A stretch of 64,000 nucleotides of DNA from Dehalococcoidia bacterium (GCA_964291495.2 OZ219871.1:448001-512000); one strand, 5' to 3'. Counted from the first letter of the stretch, positions 18,055 through 27,974 are shown. Notes: generated by a model not told the origin, from the sequence alone. Program-made: numbers and translations.

Positions 18055-21000
18055 ATGGATTGCAGGGATTCGCCAGTGACAGACTCCCCCTTGAGTGGAT
18101 ACCGCGAACGGGCGGGGACGATTGTTCGCGCGATACTGACTGCCGTAGTGGCGCTGCTGCTCGCCCTACCTGGCGTCCCCACGGTCGACGCCCAGGGCGT
18201 GGGCGGCGACGCGGACGCGATCGAGGTGCGCGTCGCCGCGCAGCGCCTGCCTAACGGGAACACGGAGTTCGCGGCGCAGCAGCGCCTGATGGACGGCTCG
18301 TGGGGCGAGCGGCTACTGCCGCGTGCGCGCTTCTTTCGCGCGAGCACGCGGGTTGGGCGCTGGCTGGCGAGCTCGCCGCTCACGGTCAGCGCGCCAGGCG
18401 GGAGTGAGGCGGAGATCCGCGTCGCGGCGCAGCGGCTGGCCGACGGACGCATGGAGTTCGCGGCGCAGCAGCGCGGCGAGGATGGCGAGTGGGGCGAGCG
18501 CCTGCTACCGCGTGCGCGCTTCTTCCCCGCGAGTCCCAGGATCGACCGCTGGCTTGTGAGCACACCGCTGACGGTGACGCCGCCCACGGCCAACTCCCTC
18601 GCCTCCGACCGCGCCGCCCTCGTCGCGCTCTACGAAGCGACGGACGGACCGAACTGGACGAACAGCACGAACTGGCTCAGCGACAGACCGCTCGGCGAGT
18701 GGCACGGGGTTACCGCAGATGATCATGGGCGTGTAACCGGGCTCATGCTGTTCGGCCCCGGCATGCTGAGCGGCCCACTCCCGACCGAGCTGGGCAATCT
18801 CACGAGCCTGCGGGAGCTCAAGCTCTTCGACCACCCCGAGTTGGCCGGGTCAATCCCGCCCCAGCTCGGCAATCTCTTCAATCTCGAAGAGCTGTGGTTG
18901 GGGAATAGCCAGTTGAGCGGACCGATCCCGGCGGAACTGGGCCAACTCAGCAACTTGCGCTGGTTAGTCCTGTCCAGCAATGAGTTGAGCGGGCCGATCC
19001 CGGTTGAGTTGGGACATCTCGCTCGATTGAGGGTGCTCGATCTAGGCGTCAATCAACTGAGTGGGCCGATTCCGGTTGTGCTGGGTAACCTGGAGAGTCT
19101 CGGACGGCTCACGCTCTCGGCCAACGAGTTGAGCGGACCGATCCCGGACGAACTGAGCCGGCTCATGAAGTTGGGATCGCTCGATCTCGCGAGCAACCAG
19201 TTGAGCGGACCGATCCCGCCGGAACTGGGCCGGCTCAGGGGGTTGGGATCGCTCACGCTCTGGGGCAACGAACTGAGCGGGCCGATTCCCGTTGAGTTGG
19301 GTGACATCACCAACCTGCGTAGTCTCGGCCTGGGGTCGAACCAGTTGAGTGGTCCAATACCGGCCTGGGTTGGCAACCAGAAGGATCTGCACACACTGGA
19401 GCTCCAGAACAACCAGTTGAGCGGACCAATCCCGGTTGGGCTTGGCGGGCTCACGAACCTCCGAAGCCTGAGGTTAGAACGCAACGAGCTGAGCGGGCCG
19501 ATCCCACTCTCGTTCGGCAGCCTCACCAACCTCACCTCGTTGCACCTCAGCAGCAATGAACTGAGTGGAACGATTCCGGTTGAGTTGGGCGCTCTCGTCA
19601 ACCTGTCATCGCTGCTGCTCGCATCCAACGAGCTGACCGGACCGATTCCGGCGGAACTCGGCAACCTCTCCAACATGACCGTCCTGTCCCTTGGAGGGAA
19701 TCGGTTGGACGGGGCGATCCCCGCCGAGTTGGGCCTGCTCACGAATCTGATCCGGCTCGACCTCGCCGAGAACCAATTCACGGGATGCCTGCCCAGGGCG
19801 TTGCGGCGTATTCCGCGCAGCGATGCTGCCGAACTGGGTCTGCCGATTTGCAGGGGCCCGAGCGTAGAGGCCGCGATCTCCCATGGAGCCGCGTCGGCGG
19901 CGTTGATCGCGCTCTATGAAGCGACTGACGGGCCGAACTGGTACCTGAGCACAAACTGGTTCAGCGACCGGCCCCTCGGCGAGTGGCATGGCGTCACCAC
20001 CGACGACGAGGGCCGTCTTACGGGCCTGGTCCTCATCGGGAACGAGTTGAGCGGGCCCATACCCTCGGAGCTGGGTGCACTCACGGACCTTGAAACACTG
20101 AACTTCTACGGAAACGAGCTGAGCGGCCCGATCCCGGTCGAGCTGGGCGCACTCCTGAACCTGAGGAAACTGGACCTCGCCCAGAACGACTTGAACGGGC
20201 CGATCCCGGTCGAACTGGGTGCCCTATCAGACCTGGAATGGCTGGACCTGAGAGGTAACGAGTTGAGCGGGCCGATCCCGGTCGAGCTGGGCGCGCTCTC
20301 GAACCTGGAAAGGCTGGATCTCGGCGAGAACGAGTGGAGCGGGCCGATCCCGGCCGAGTTGGGAGCACTCTCCAGGCTTGAGTGGCTGGGCCTCAGATAC
20401 AGCGGGTTGAGCGGGCCGATTCCGGTCGAGCTTGGCGCGCTCACGAACCTGGAAGGGTTGTCCCTTGGCTCGAATCGCCTGACCGGCCCGGTACCCCGGG
20501 AGTTGGCGGCGCTATCGAATCTGAAGCGGCTGCACCTCCACGACAACGAGCTGAGCGGGGCGATCCCGGTCGAACTGGGCGCACTCTCGAACCTGGAGCT
20601 CCTGTGGCTCGCCAACAACGATCTGAGCGGTCCGATCCCGGTCGAACTGGGTGCACTCCCGAACCTGGAAGGGCTGCAACTCCACGACAACCGGTTGAGC
20701 GGGCCGATCCCGGCCGAGTTGGGCGCACTCTCGAACCTGGAGCGGCTGTCGCTCAGCGGGAACGAGTTGAGCGGGCCGATCCCGGCCGAGCTTGGCGCGC
20801 TCACGAACCTGGAATGGCTGCAGCTCGGCTGGAACGAGTTGAGTGGGCCGATCCCCGTCGAGTTGGGCGCGCTCACGAACCTGTCGGGGCTGTGGCTCGA
20901 CAACAACACGCTGAGCGGGCCGATTCCAGTCGAGTTGGGGGCGCTCTCGAAGCTGGAGCTCCTGTGGCTCAACAACAACAAGCTGAGCGGACCGGTCCCA

Positions 21001-21135
21001 CCTGAGTTGGGCAACCTCGACAGGCTGGAAAGGTTGTCCCTCAGCGGCAACCAGTTGACCGGCTGCATCCCCAAGAGCCTGCGAGGCGTGGCGCGGAGCG
21101 ACCTCGACCACCTCGGCCTCCCCTACTGCCAATAG
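18055..21135 (+). CDS. secreted leucine-rich repeat protein with two capped LRR blocks
   Basis: signal-like ILTAVVALLLALPGVPTVDA; duplicated N-terminal domain; 24-aa repeats LxxLxLxxNxLSGPIPxELG; start uncertain. Confidence 0.92.
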   Translation: MDCRDSPVTDSPLSGYRERAGTIVRAILTAVVALLLALPGVPTVDAQGVGGDADAIEVRVAAQRLPNGNTEFAAQQRLMDGSWGERLLPRARFFRASTRVGRWLASSPLTVSAPGGSEAEIRVAAQRLADGRMEFAAQQRGEDGEWGERLLPRARFFPASPRIDRWLVSTPLTVTPPTANSLASDRAALVALYEATDGPNWTNSTNWLSDRPLGEWHGVTADDHGRVTGLMLFGPGMLSGPLPTELGNLTSLRELKLFDHPELAGSIPPQLGNLFNLEELWLGNSQLSGPIPAELGQLSNLRWLVLSSNELSGPIPVELGHLARLRVLDLGVNQLSGPIPVVLGNLESLGRLTLSANELSGPIPDELSRLMKLGSLDLASNQLSGPIPPELGRLRGLGSLTLWGNELSGPIPVELGDITNLRSLGLGSNQLSGPIPAWVGNQKDLHTLELQNNQLSGPIPVGLGGLTNLRSLRLERNELSGPIPLSFGSLTNLTSLHLSSNELSGTIPVELGALVNLSSLLLASNELTGPIPAELGNLSNMTVLSLGGNRLDGAIPAELGLLTNLIRLDLAENQFTGCLPRALRRIPRSDAAELGLPICRGPSVEAAISHGAASAALIALYEATDGPNWYLSTNWFSDRPLGEWHGVTTDDEGRLTGLVLIGNELSGPIPSELGALTDLETLNFYGNELSGPIPVELGALLNLRKLDLAQNDLNGPIPVELGALSDLEWLDLRGNELSGPIPVELGALSNLERLDLGENEWSGPIPAELGALSRLEWLGLRYSGLSGPIPVELGALTNLEGLSLGSNRLTGPVPRELAALSNLKRLHLHDNELSGAIPVELGALSNLELLWLANNDLSGPIPVELGALPNLEGLQLHDNRLSGPIPAELGALSNLERLSLSGNELSGPIPAELGALTNLEWLQLGWNELSGPIPVELGALTNLSGLWLDNNTLSGPIPVELGALSKLELLWLNNNKLSGPVPPELGNLDRLERLSLSGNQLTGCIPKSLRGVARSDLDHLGLPYCQ
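18730..21075 (+). repeat. 72-bp coding tandem repeats (LRR units) in two arrays
   Basis: recurring AACGAGTTGAGCGGGCCGATCCCGGTCGAGCTGGG-like unit at about 72-bp period; 15 units per block by manual count. Confidence 0.9.
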
Positions 21136-21275
21136 CCGCAGCGGCCCCCAACCCTCGCGCCTATCGCCTGCGCGGGGCGCGGCCTATATTGCGCACGCGG
21201 CGATCGAGGGCCGGGGCGACGCCGCACTCCGTGACCCGCTGCCCCGGTGCCCGCGGCACGAGGGGCGGCCATTCC

Positions 21276-22334
21276 GTGAACCATGAATTCAACGAACTGC
21301 AGGAACTGCTCGGTCAGACCGCGCGCGAGTTCTTCTCACGCGACTTCCCGCTCGACCGCATGCGCGACGGCTACCGCAACGACGACGGCTACGACACCGA
21401 ACTCTGGCCCAACATCGTCGACCTCGGCTGGAACTCCGCTCCCTTCCCCGAGGAGATGGGCGGCACCGGCGGCGGCATCTTCGACACCGTCCTGCTGCTC
21501 GAGGAGATGGGCAAGGGCTACTGTGTCAGCCCCTACCCCCACTCGACCATCGCCGCCGGCCTCGCGCTCGTCGAGGCCGACCCGGACCTCGCCCAGGCGA
21601 TCGCCGACGGCGAGGCCGTCGTCATCCCGGCGCTCACCGCCGCCGACGCCGGCGAGCAGACCGCGGCGCGCGGCGACGGCGACACGGTCACGCTGACCGA
21701 CCGCCGCCTCGTCGTGCCGTGGGCGGACCTGGCGACGCACCTGCTGGTCCCGCTGGCAAGCGGCGACGAGATGGCCGTCGTCGAGACGGGCGCGGACGGC
21801 GTCAGCGCCGATCCGATGCCCGCCTCGGGGGGCGAGCCGCTCTCCGACGTGCGCTTCGAGGGCGCCGCGGGCCGCGTGGTCTCGGCCGCGGGTCTGCAGG
21901 ACCACGTGACGCTGCTCGGCGCGATCGCCAACTCCGTGCTGATGCTCGGGCTCTGCCAGCGCTCGCTCGAACTGGCCTCGGAGTACTCGAAGACGCGCGT
22001 CGCCTTTGGCAAGCCGATCGGCACCTTCCAGGCGATCTCGCATAAGTGCGCCAACATGGTGGTCGACATCGAGACCGGGCGGTACCTCTGCTACAAGGCC
22101 GCCTGGCTGCACTCCACCGGCCAGTCGTACGAGATGGGCGCGCGCTACGCCAAGGCGTTCATGGGCGACGCCACCGCGCGCATCACCCGCGACGCGATCC
22201 AGGTGCACGGCGGCGTCGGCTTCATCGACGACCACTTCGTGCAGTTCCCCTACCGCATCGGCACGGCGGCGGCCTGCACCTACGGCACCGCGCACGAACA
22301 CCGCCGCGCCGTCGCCAGCGCGATCCTCGACTAG
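21276..22334 (+). CDS. acyl-CoA dehydrogenase, short (alpha/non-catalytic-type) subunit
   Basis: LLLEEMGKG, TRVAFGKPIGTFQAISH, IQVHGGVGF. Confidence 0.88.
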   Translation: MNHEFNELQELLGQTAREFFSRDFPLDRMRDGYRNDDGYDTELWPNIVDLGWNSAPFPEEMGGTGGGIFDTVLLLEEMGKGYCVSPYPHSTIAAGLALVEADPDLAQAIADGEAVVIPALTAADAGEQTAARGDGDTVTLTDRRLVVPWADLATHLLVPLASGDEMAVVETGADGVSADPMPASGGEPLSDVRFEGAAGRVVSAAGLQDHVTLLGAIANSVLMLGLCQRSLELASEYSKTRVAFGKPIGTFQAISHKCANMVVDIETGRYLCYKAAWLHSTGQSYEMGARYAKAFMGDATARITRDAIQVHGGVGFIDDHFVQFPYRIGTAAACTYGTAHEHRRAVASAILD

Positions 22335-22374
22335 CCGCAGCGACCGACTCGCAGCGAGAGGACGGAGGATCGCC

Positions 22375-23532
22375 ATGGACTTCGAGTACACCGAGAGCGA
22401 AAAGCAGTTCCGCGCCGAGGTGCGCGAGTTCTTCGAGCGCGTCTGGCCCCCGGAGGTCCAGCGGGCCGGGCGCGCGGGCCGCGAGGAGGGCGAGCGCTTC
22501 CGCCGCGCCGCCGCACAGCGCGGCCTCTTCTCCCTGGGACTCCCCGAGGAGTACGGGGGCCTGCCCGACTTCAGCCAGATGGAGCGCTTCATCGTCAGCG
22601 ACGAGGCGAGCCGCATCGGCGCGCCGCTCCCCGCCTACCTCGTCAGCATCATGGGGCCGCTGATCATGAAGTACGGCACGCCCTGGATGAAGGAGGAGGT
22701 GCTGCCCAAGATCCGAGCGGGCGACGTCGACTTCACGCTCGGCTTCACCGAGCCGGAGACCGGCTCGGACCTCGCCAACCTGACGACGCGCGCCTACCGC
22801 GACGGCGATGAGTACGTGATCAACGGCCAGAAGATGTACGGCAACCCGGGCCCCGACGAGATGATGTACCTCGCGGTGCGCACGGACCCGGACGCGCCGC
22901 TGCGACAGGGCATCTCCGTGCTCTTCGTCGAGTCCAGCCGCGAGGGCTTCACCTCGCTGGAGATGCCGACCCTCGCAGGCAACACCGTCGGCGCCACCTT
23001 CTACGACAACGTGCGCGTTCCCGCCGACCACCTGCTCGGCGAGGAGAACAAGGGCTGGGACTACATCCGCGAGGCGCTCGACCTCGACCGCACCAGCGGC
23101 ATCACCTACGGCCAGATGCCCGAGCGGTTGAGCGAGCTGATCGAGTACGTCAAGGAGTCGTCGCTCGACGGCAAGCCGCTGATCGAGGACCCCTGGGTGC
23201 GCGACCGCATCGCGCGGTTCGTGATCGAGATCGAGGCGGGCGAACTGCTGCAGGGCATGACCGCCTCGAAGATCGCGACGGGCATGAAGCTGCGCATGGA
23301 GTCCTCGGTCGTGAAGATCTTCCTGACCGAGCTGGAGTTGCGCATGGGTGAGTTCGCGATGGAGATCTCCGGGCCGCTCGCCTCGCTCACGGCGGACTCG
23401 CCCGAGGCGCCCTCGGGTGGCTGGTTCCACTACACGCACCGCAACAACCCCGGCATCACCATCGCCGGCGGCAGCAACGAGATTCAGCGCAACATCATCG
23501 CGCTGCAGGGCCTCGGGCTGCCTCGCGACTAG
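22375..23532 (+). CDS. acyl-CoA dehydrogenase
   Basis: GFTEPETGSDLA, INGQK, GEENKGW, IAGGSNEIQRNII, GLGLPR. Confidence 0.92.
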   Translation: MDFEYTESEKQFRAEVREFFERVWPPEVQRAGRAGREEGERFRRAAAQRGLFSLGLPEEYGGLPDFSQMERFIVSDEASRIGAPLPAYLVSIMGPLIMKYGTPWMKEEVLPKIRAGDVDFTLGFTEPETGSDLANLTTRAYRDGDEYVINGQKMYGNPGPDEMMYLAVRTDPDAPLRQGISVLFVESSREGFTSLEMPTLAGNTVGATFYDNVRVPADHLLGEENKGWDYIREALDLDRTSGITYGQMPERLSELIEYVKESSLDGKPLIEDPWVRDRIARFVIEIEAGELLQGMTASKIATGMKLRMESSVVKIFLTELELRMGEFAMEISGPLASLTADSPEAPSGGWFHYTHRNNPGITIAGGSNEIQRNIIALQGLGLPRD

Positions 23533-23562
23533 CGGCGACCGGACCGCGAAGGGACGCAGCAG

Positions 23563-24738
23563 ATGGACTTCGCCTGGAGCAAGGAGCAGGACGAGTTCCG
23601 CGCGCAGATCCGCGAGTTCCTCGAGGACGCCTGGCCCGAGGAGGTGCGCTCGGCGGACCGCCTCAGCCGCCGCGCCCCCGAGCACGAGGGCGCGATTAAG
23701 CGCTTCAAGGAGATGGTCGCCGAGCGAGGCTGGTACTCGATCGGCTGGCCCGAGGAGTACGGCGGCACGGGCGACCTCACCGCAGTCGAGCGCTTCATCC
23801 TCTCCGACGAGGCTTCGCGCGTCGGCGCTCCGCTCTCGCTCTACAACGTCAACATCATGGGGCCGCTGATCATCAAGTACGGCTCGCCGTGGATGAAATC
23901 GGAGTTGCTCCCCAAGATCCGCGACGGCGAGATCGACTTCACGCTCGGCTTCACCGAGCCGGAGACCGGCTCCGACCTCGCCAACCTCTCGACCGCCGCT
24001 TACCGCGACGGCGACGAGTACGTGATCAACGGCTCGAAGATGTACGGCCGCCCCGGCCCCGGCGACATCATGTACCTCGCCGTGCGGACCGACCCGGACG
24101 CGCCGCTGCGCGACGGCATCTCGCTGCTCTTCGTCGAGCACGGCCGCGAGGGCTTCGAGGTCGCCTCGATGCCGACGCTCGACGGCGGCGAGGTCGGCGC
24201 GACGTTCTACGACGACGTGCGCGTCCCGGCCGACCACCTGCTGGGCGTGGAGAACCGGGGCTGGGACTACGTGCGCGAGGCGCTGGACCTGGACCGCACC
24301 TCGGGCATTCCCTACGGGCACATGCCGCTCATGCGCGACAACCTGATCGCCTTCATCAAGGAGACGAAGGTCGACGGCCGTCCGCTTTCCGAGGATCCGT
24401 GGGTGCGCGACCGGCTCGCGCAGCTGGTGATCGACCAGGAGGCGGGCGACGTGCTGCAGGGCATGACCGCCTCGAAGATCGCCATGGGCATGAAGCTGCG
24501 CAGCGAGTCGTCCGTGTTGAAGATCTTCATGACCGAGCTGGAGCGCCGCATGGGCGAGTTCGGCACGGAGGTCGCCGGTCCGCTCGGCTCGCTGCAGCCG
24601 GCCTCCGGAGAGGCGCCACTCGACGGCCAGATCTGGGCGACGCACAAGTTCAACGTCGCGATCACGATTGCGGGCGGCAGCAGTGAGATTCAGCGCAACA
24701 TCATCGCGCTGCAGGGCCTCGGCCTCCCGCGCGACTAG
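23563..24738 (+). CDS. acyl-CoA dehydrogenase (tandem paralogue of the previous gene)
   Basis: GFTEPETGSDLA, INGSK, IAGGSSEIQRNII, GLGLPRD. Confidence 0.92.
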   Translation: MDFAWSKEQDEFRAQIREFLEDAWPEEVRSADRLSRRAPEHEGAIKRFKEMVAERGWYSIGWPEEYGGTGDLTAVERFILSDEASRVGAPLSLYNVNIMGPLIIKYGSPWMKSELLPKIRDGEIDFTLGFTEPETGSDLANLSTAAYRDGDEYVINGSKMYGRPGPGDIMYLAVRTDPDAPLRDGISLLFVEHGREGFEVASMPTLDGGEVGATFYDDVRVPADHLLGVENRGWDYVREALDLDRTSGIPYGHMPLMRDNLIAFIKETKVDGRPLSEDPWVRDRLAQLVIDQEAGDVLQGMTASKIAMGMKLRSESSVLKIFMTELERRMGEFGTEVAGPLGSLQPASGEAPLDGQIWATHKFNVAITIAGGSSEIQRNIIALQGLGLPRD

Positions 24739-25735
24739 CGCGCGCAGGCCGGCGCGCCCGCGGGCCGCGAGGGCGGCCCCGGCTCTCTTCGTCCTCGCGC
24801 TGCTCGCCGTCCTCGTTGCCGCCTGCGGGTCGGGCGAGGGCGAGATCCCTGCATCGGTCGACTTCTCCGCGCGCGCCGTCGGCGAGGCCTTCGACCCGGA
24901 GGCCCAGCCCGTCGTGCTCAACTCGGCACTGGCCGTCGGTCCGAACCGCCTGACGCTCGGCTTCTTCCGCTCCGACACCTCGCTGATCCTCGAGGCGAGC
25001 GGAAGCGTGCGGCTCTACCGCCTCGACGAGTCGCGGCGAGGCGCCTACGTCGCGAGCCACGAGCTGCAGCGCGCCGCGTTCGGCCAGAAGACCGACCACG
25101 AGCACGCAGACGGCTCGACACACGTGCATGAGGACGCGTTCGCCGCCGTCTTCTACGCCAGCGTCGACTTCGACCGCACGGGCGCCTGGGCCGCCTCACT
25201 GGACGTCGAGATCGAGGGCGAGCGCCATCGCGGGCTGCTCGTGCAGCCGTTCAACGTGCTGGAGCGCACGCCCGAGCCGCAGATCGGCGACGCGCTGCCG
25301 GAAAGCCCGCACCTGACGCTGGGCGACGGGGCGGACATCGCCGCCGTCAGCAGCATGACCGAGCCCGTCCCGGCGATGAACGAGCTGACCGTCCCCGAGG
25401 CGGTCGCGAGCGGCAAGCCGGTCCTCGTGGCGATCGCGACGCCCGCGTACTGCCAGACCCGCTTCTGCGGACCGCTGATGGAGTCCGTCGTCGTCCCGCT
25501 CTGGGAGGAGTTCGGCGGCGAGGTGCAGTTCGTGCACGTCGAACCCTACGAGCTGGACGAGGTGCGCAGCAGCGGCCGCCTCGTCCCCGTGCCGCTGCTG
25601 GAGGACTGGCAGCTCCAGACCGAGCCGTGGGTCTTCATCGCCGGCCGCGGCGGCGTCGTCACCGCCAAGTTCGAGGGCGTCGCCTCGCTCGAGGAGGTGC
25701 GCGCCGCCCTCGTCGCCGCGATCGGGGCGCAGTAG
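24683..25735 (+). CDS. lipoprotein with C-terminal thioredoxin-like domain
   Basis: LVAAC lipobox, HEHADGSTHVHED, TPAYCQTRFCGP, TEPWVF; start unresolved. Confidence 0.7.
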   Translation: MRFSATSSRCRASASRATSARRPARPRAARAAPALFVLALLAVLVAACGSGEGEIPASVDFSARAVGEAFDPEAQPVVLNSALAVGPNRLTLGFFRSDTSLILEASGSVRLYRLDESRRGAYVASHELQRAAFGQKTDHEHADGSTHVHEDAFAAVFYASVDFDRTGAWAASLDVEIEGERHRGLLVQPFNVLERTPEPQIGDALPESPHLTLGDGADIAAVSSMTEPVPAMNELTVPEAVASGKPVLVAIATPAYCQTRFCGPLMESVVVPLWEEFGGEVQFVHVEPYELDEVRSSGRLVPVPLLEDWQLQTEPWVFIAGRGGVVTAKFEGVASLEEVRAALVAAIGAQ

Positions 25736-25787
25736 CCGCGTCCCTTCCGCTGGCGTCGCCCGTGCGCGCGGTGGCAGACTCGCGGGG

Positions 25788-26549
25788 ATGAACCTTCCCG
25801 GCAGCCTCCCCGACTACACGGCGCTCGAGTTCCCCGAGGCGCCCGCCGATCGCCCCTACGTGGTCGCCAACATGGTCGCGTCCGCCGACGGCACGACGGT
25901 CATCGAGGGCCGCGAACGGGGGCTCGGCTCCGCGGCCGACCGCCAGCTGATGCGCGAGCTGCGCGTCCACGCCGACATCGTGCTCACCGGCGCGGGCACG
26001 CTGCGCGCCAGCGGCCACTCGCCGCGCCTCAACGACGACGCCCTCGAGGCGCTGCGCGTCGCCCGCGGCAAGCCGCGCCTGCCGATCGCCGCCACGCTCT
26101 CGCACTCGGGCGACCTGCCGCTCGACAACCGCTTCTTCACGGGGAGTGACTTCGAGGGCGTGGTCTACCTCTCCGACGGCGCCCCCGCCGAACGCGCCGC
26201 CGCGCTCGCGGCGGCCGGCCGACCGGTCCGGCGGGTCCCCGCGGGCGGCGAGGTTCCCTCGATGCTCGCGCACATGCGCAAGGCGCTCGGCTGCCGCCTG
26301 CTGCTGCTCGAGGGCGGCCCCTCGCTTAATGGCGAGTTCTTCCGCCGCGGCCTCGTCGACGAGCTGTTCCTGACGGTCGGCGCGCTCGTCGCCGGCGGCG
26401 AGGGCGGCCCGACCGCCGTCGAGACGCCCGGTCAGCCCGCGACGCACGAGGGCGTGCGGCGGCTCGAGCTGCTCTCGGCGTTTCGCAACCCGGAGACGAG
26501 CGAGCTGTTCCTGCGCTATCGCGTCCGCCGGCCGGGCGAGCCCGACTAG
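25788..26549 (+). CDS. RibD C-terminal domain (pyrimidine reductase/DHFR family) protein
   Basis: RPYVVANMVASADG, GAGTLRA, EGGPSLNG, GLVDELFLT. Confidence 0.88.
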   Translation: MNLPGSLPDYTALEFPEAPADRPYVVANMVASADGTTVIEGRERGLGSAADRQLMRELRVHADIVLTGAGTLRASGHSPRLNDDALEALRVARGKPRLPIAATLSHSGDLPLDNRFFTGSDFEGVVYLSDGAPAERAAALAAAGRPVRRVPAGGEVPSMLAHMRKALGCRLLLLEGGPSLNGEFFRRGLVDELFLTVGALVAGGEGGPTAVETPGQPATHEGVRRLELLSAFRNPETSELFLRYRVRRPGEPD

Positions 26550-27010
26550 CGGAGGGCCGCCTCGCAGGCGTCTACGGCGGCCACGGCATCCTCGACGCGC
26601 TCGATCGGAGCGTGCTCGCCGTCGCCGTCGCGCAGCTCCCAGGTGCCGAGGCCGATCACCGGCCGCTCGGAGATGAGCGCGAAAGCGATCTCGGAGAGCG
26701 TGCCGAACTTGCCGTCGATCGCGATCACGGCCTCGCCGGCGCGTGCGACCAGCACGTTGCGCGCGTAGCCGAGGCCGCTCGGCAGCGGGATGTCGACGTA
26801 CTCGTTCGCATCGCCGAGGTCGTCGCCCGGCAGGATGCCGATCGTCAGCCCGCCGCTCTCCTTCGCGCCGCGGCAGGCCTCGCGCATCACGCCGCCACGG
26901 CCGCCGCAGATCAGCACGTGCCCGCGCGCGCCCAGCTCGCGGCCGACCTCGAACGCCAGCCGCGCCGCCTCGCCCTCCGCCTGCTCGCCCCCGATGACCG
27001 AGATGCGCAT
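26546..27010 (-). CDS. TIGR00725/LOG-like Rossmann protein
   Basis: CGGRGGVM, TIGILPG, GLGYARN, GTLSEIAFA. Confidence 0.88.
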   Translation of the reverse strand: MRISVIGGEQAEGEAARLAFEVGRELGARGHVLICGGRGGVMREACRGAKESGGLTIGILPGDDLGDANEYVDIPLPSGLGYARNVLVARAGEAVIAIDGKFGTLSEIAFALISERPVIGLGTWELRDGDGEHAPIERVEDAVAAVDACEAALR

Positions 27011-27080
27011 CGCCGCCCCGCCTTCTCCTCGCGATTCTCTCCGGGTGCAGGGTAGCGCGCGCCGCCGATACCATTCCGTC

Positions 27081-27506
27081 ATGGCTGGCTACTCGGGAAC
27101 ACCGCTGCCGAAGAAGCTCGGGATCAAGCCCGGTCAGCGGGTTGCGCTCCTCCGCGCCCCGGAGGGATTCGACGCCACGCTCGGCGAGTTGCCCGAGGGC
27201 GTCGCGGTGCGGCGTTCGGCCCGAGGTCCGCTCGACGTGATCGTCAGCTTCACCGGCAACGAGCGAGAGCTGCGCAGCCGCTTCGCCACACTCGCGCGGG
27301 CGCTCGATCCGGCTGGGGGACTGTGGATCGCCTGGCCGAAGCGCGCCTCGGGCGTCCCAACCGACCTCGACGGCAACATCGTGCGCGAGGTCGGCCTCGC
27401 GCATGGGCTCGTCGACAACAAGGTCTGCGCGATCGACGCGACCTGGTCGGGATTGCGCTTCGTCGTGCGCGTCGAGGACCGACCGCAGACGACGCGACGG
27501 CGCTGA
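27081..27506 (+). CDS. DUF3052 family protein
   Basis: MAGYSGTPLPKKLGIKPG, LWIAWPKRAS, GLVDNKVCAID. Confidence 0.88.
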   Translation: MAGYSGTPLPKKLGIKPGQRVALLRAPEGFDATLGELPEGVAVRRSARGPLDVIVSFTGNERELRSRFATLARALDPAGGLWIAWPKRASGVPTDLDGNIVREVGLAHGLVDNKVCAIDATWSGLRFVVRVEDRPQTTRRR

Positions 27507-27589
27507 CACCTCCTCGGCCCGTCGCTTGTGAGCGGCCGAACTTGCCGCCGGCCCCTGCGACATACACTCGAAGGGAAAGGAGGTGCGTG

Positions 27590-27898
27590 ATGATCATGCG
27601 GATCACGTGGGGCAAGGTGCGACCCGGGATGTGGCCCGAGTACGCCGAGGCCTACCGCCGGACGATGGAGCCGATCAGCAGCGGCATCCAGGGGCTGCGC
27701 GGACGCTGGCTCGCCCACGACCTCGACGAGGAGGACGCGGGCTTCGCGGTCAGCATCTGGGACTCGCAGGAGGACCTCGACGCCTACCGCAACTCGGAGC
27801 TGTTCGAGGAACAGGTCCAGGCCCCGCTCGCCGACTACTTCGTCGACGAGTTCCGCACCTACCACTGCGAGGTCGACGTCGTCGAGGACGTCGGCTAG
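27590..27898 (+). CDS. ABM/Dabb-fold (antibiotic biosynthesis monooxygenase-like) protein
   Basis: GKVRPG...EY, SIWDSQEDLDAY; GGAGG RBS. Confidence 0.75.
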   Translation: MIMRITWGKVRPGMWPEYAEAYRRTMEPISSGIQGLRGRWLAHDLDEEDAGFAVSIWDSQEDLDAYRNSELFEEQVQAPLADYFVDEFRTYHCEVDVVEDVG

Positions 27899-27937
27899 GG
27901 CACGCCGCGGCCGCGTTTCGGCCGCCGATGTCACACT

Positions 27938-27966
27938 CGAGGCGCCCCGCCCCCCGGGGCGCCTCG
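27938..27966. terminator. GC hairpin
   Basis: CGAGGCGCCCCG-C5-CGGGGCGCCTCG, 12-bp stem. Confidence 0.4.
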
Positions 27967-27974
27967 TCAGTTCC

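Noticed and set aside
14926-18254. RiPP precursor peptide near the halogenase
   Set aside because: The short ORFs here overlap real genes and show no leader/core pattern
18055-21135. Diversity-generating retroelement acting on the LRR gene
   Set aside because: No reverse transcriptase in the window, and no template/variable pair with A-specific differences was seen
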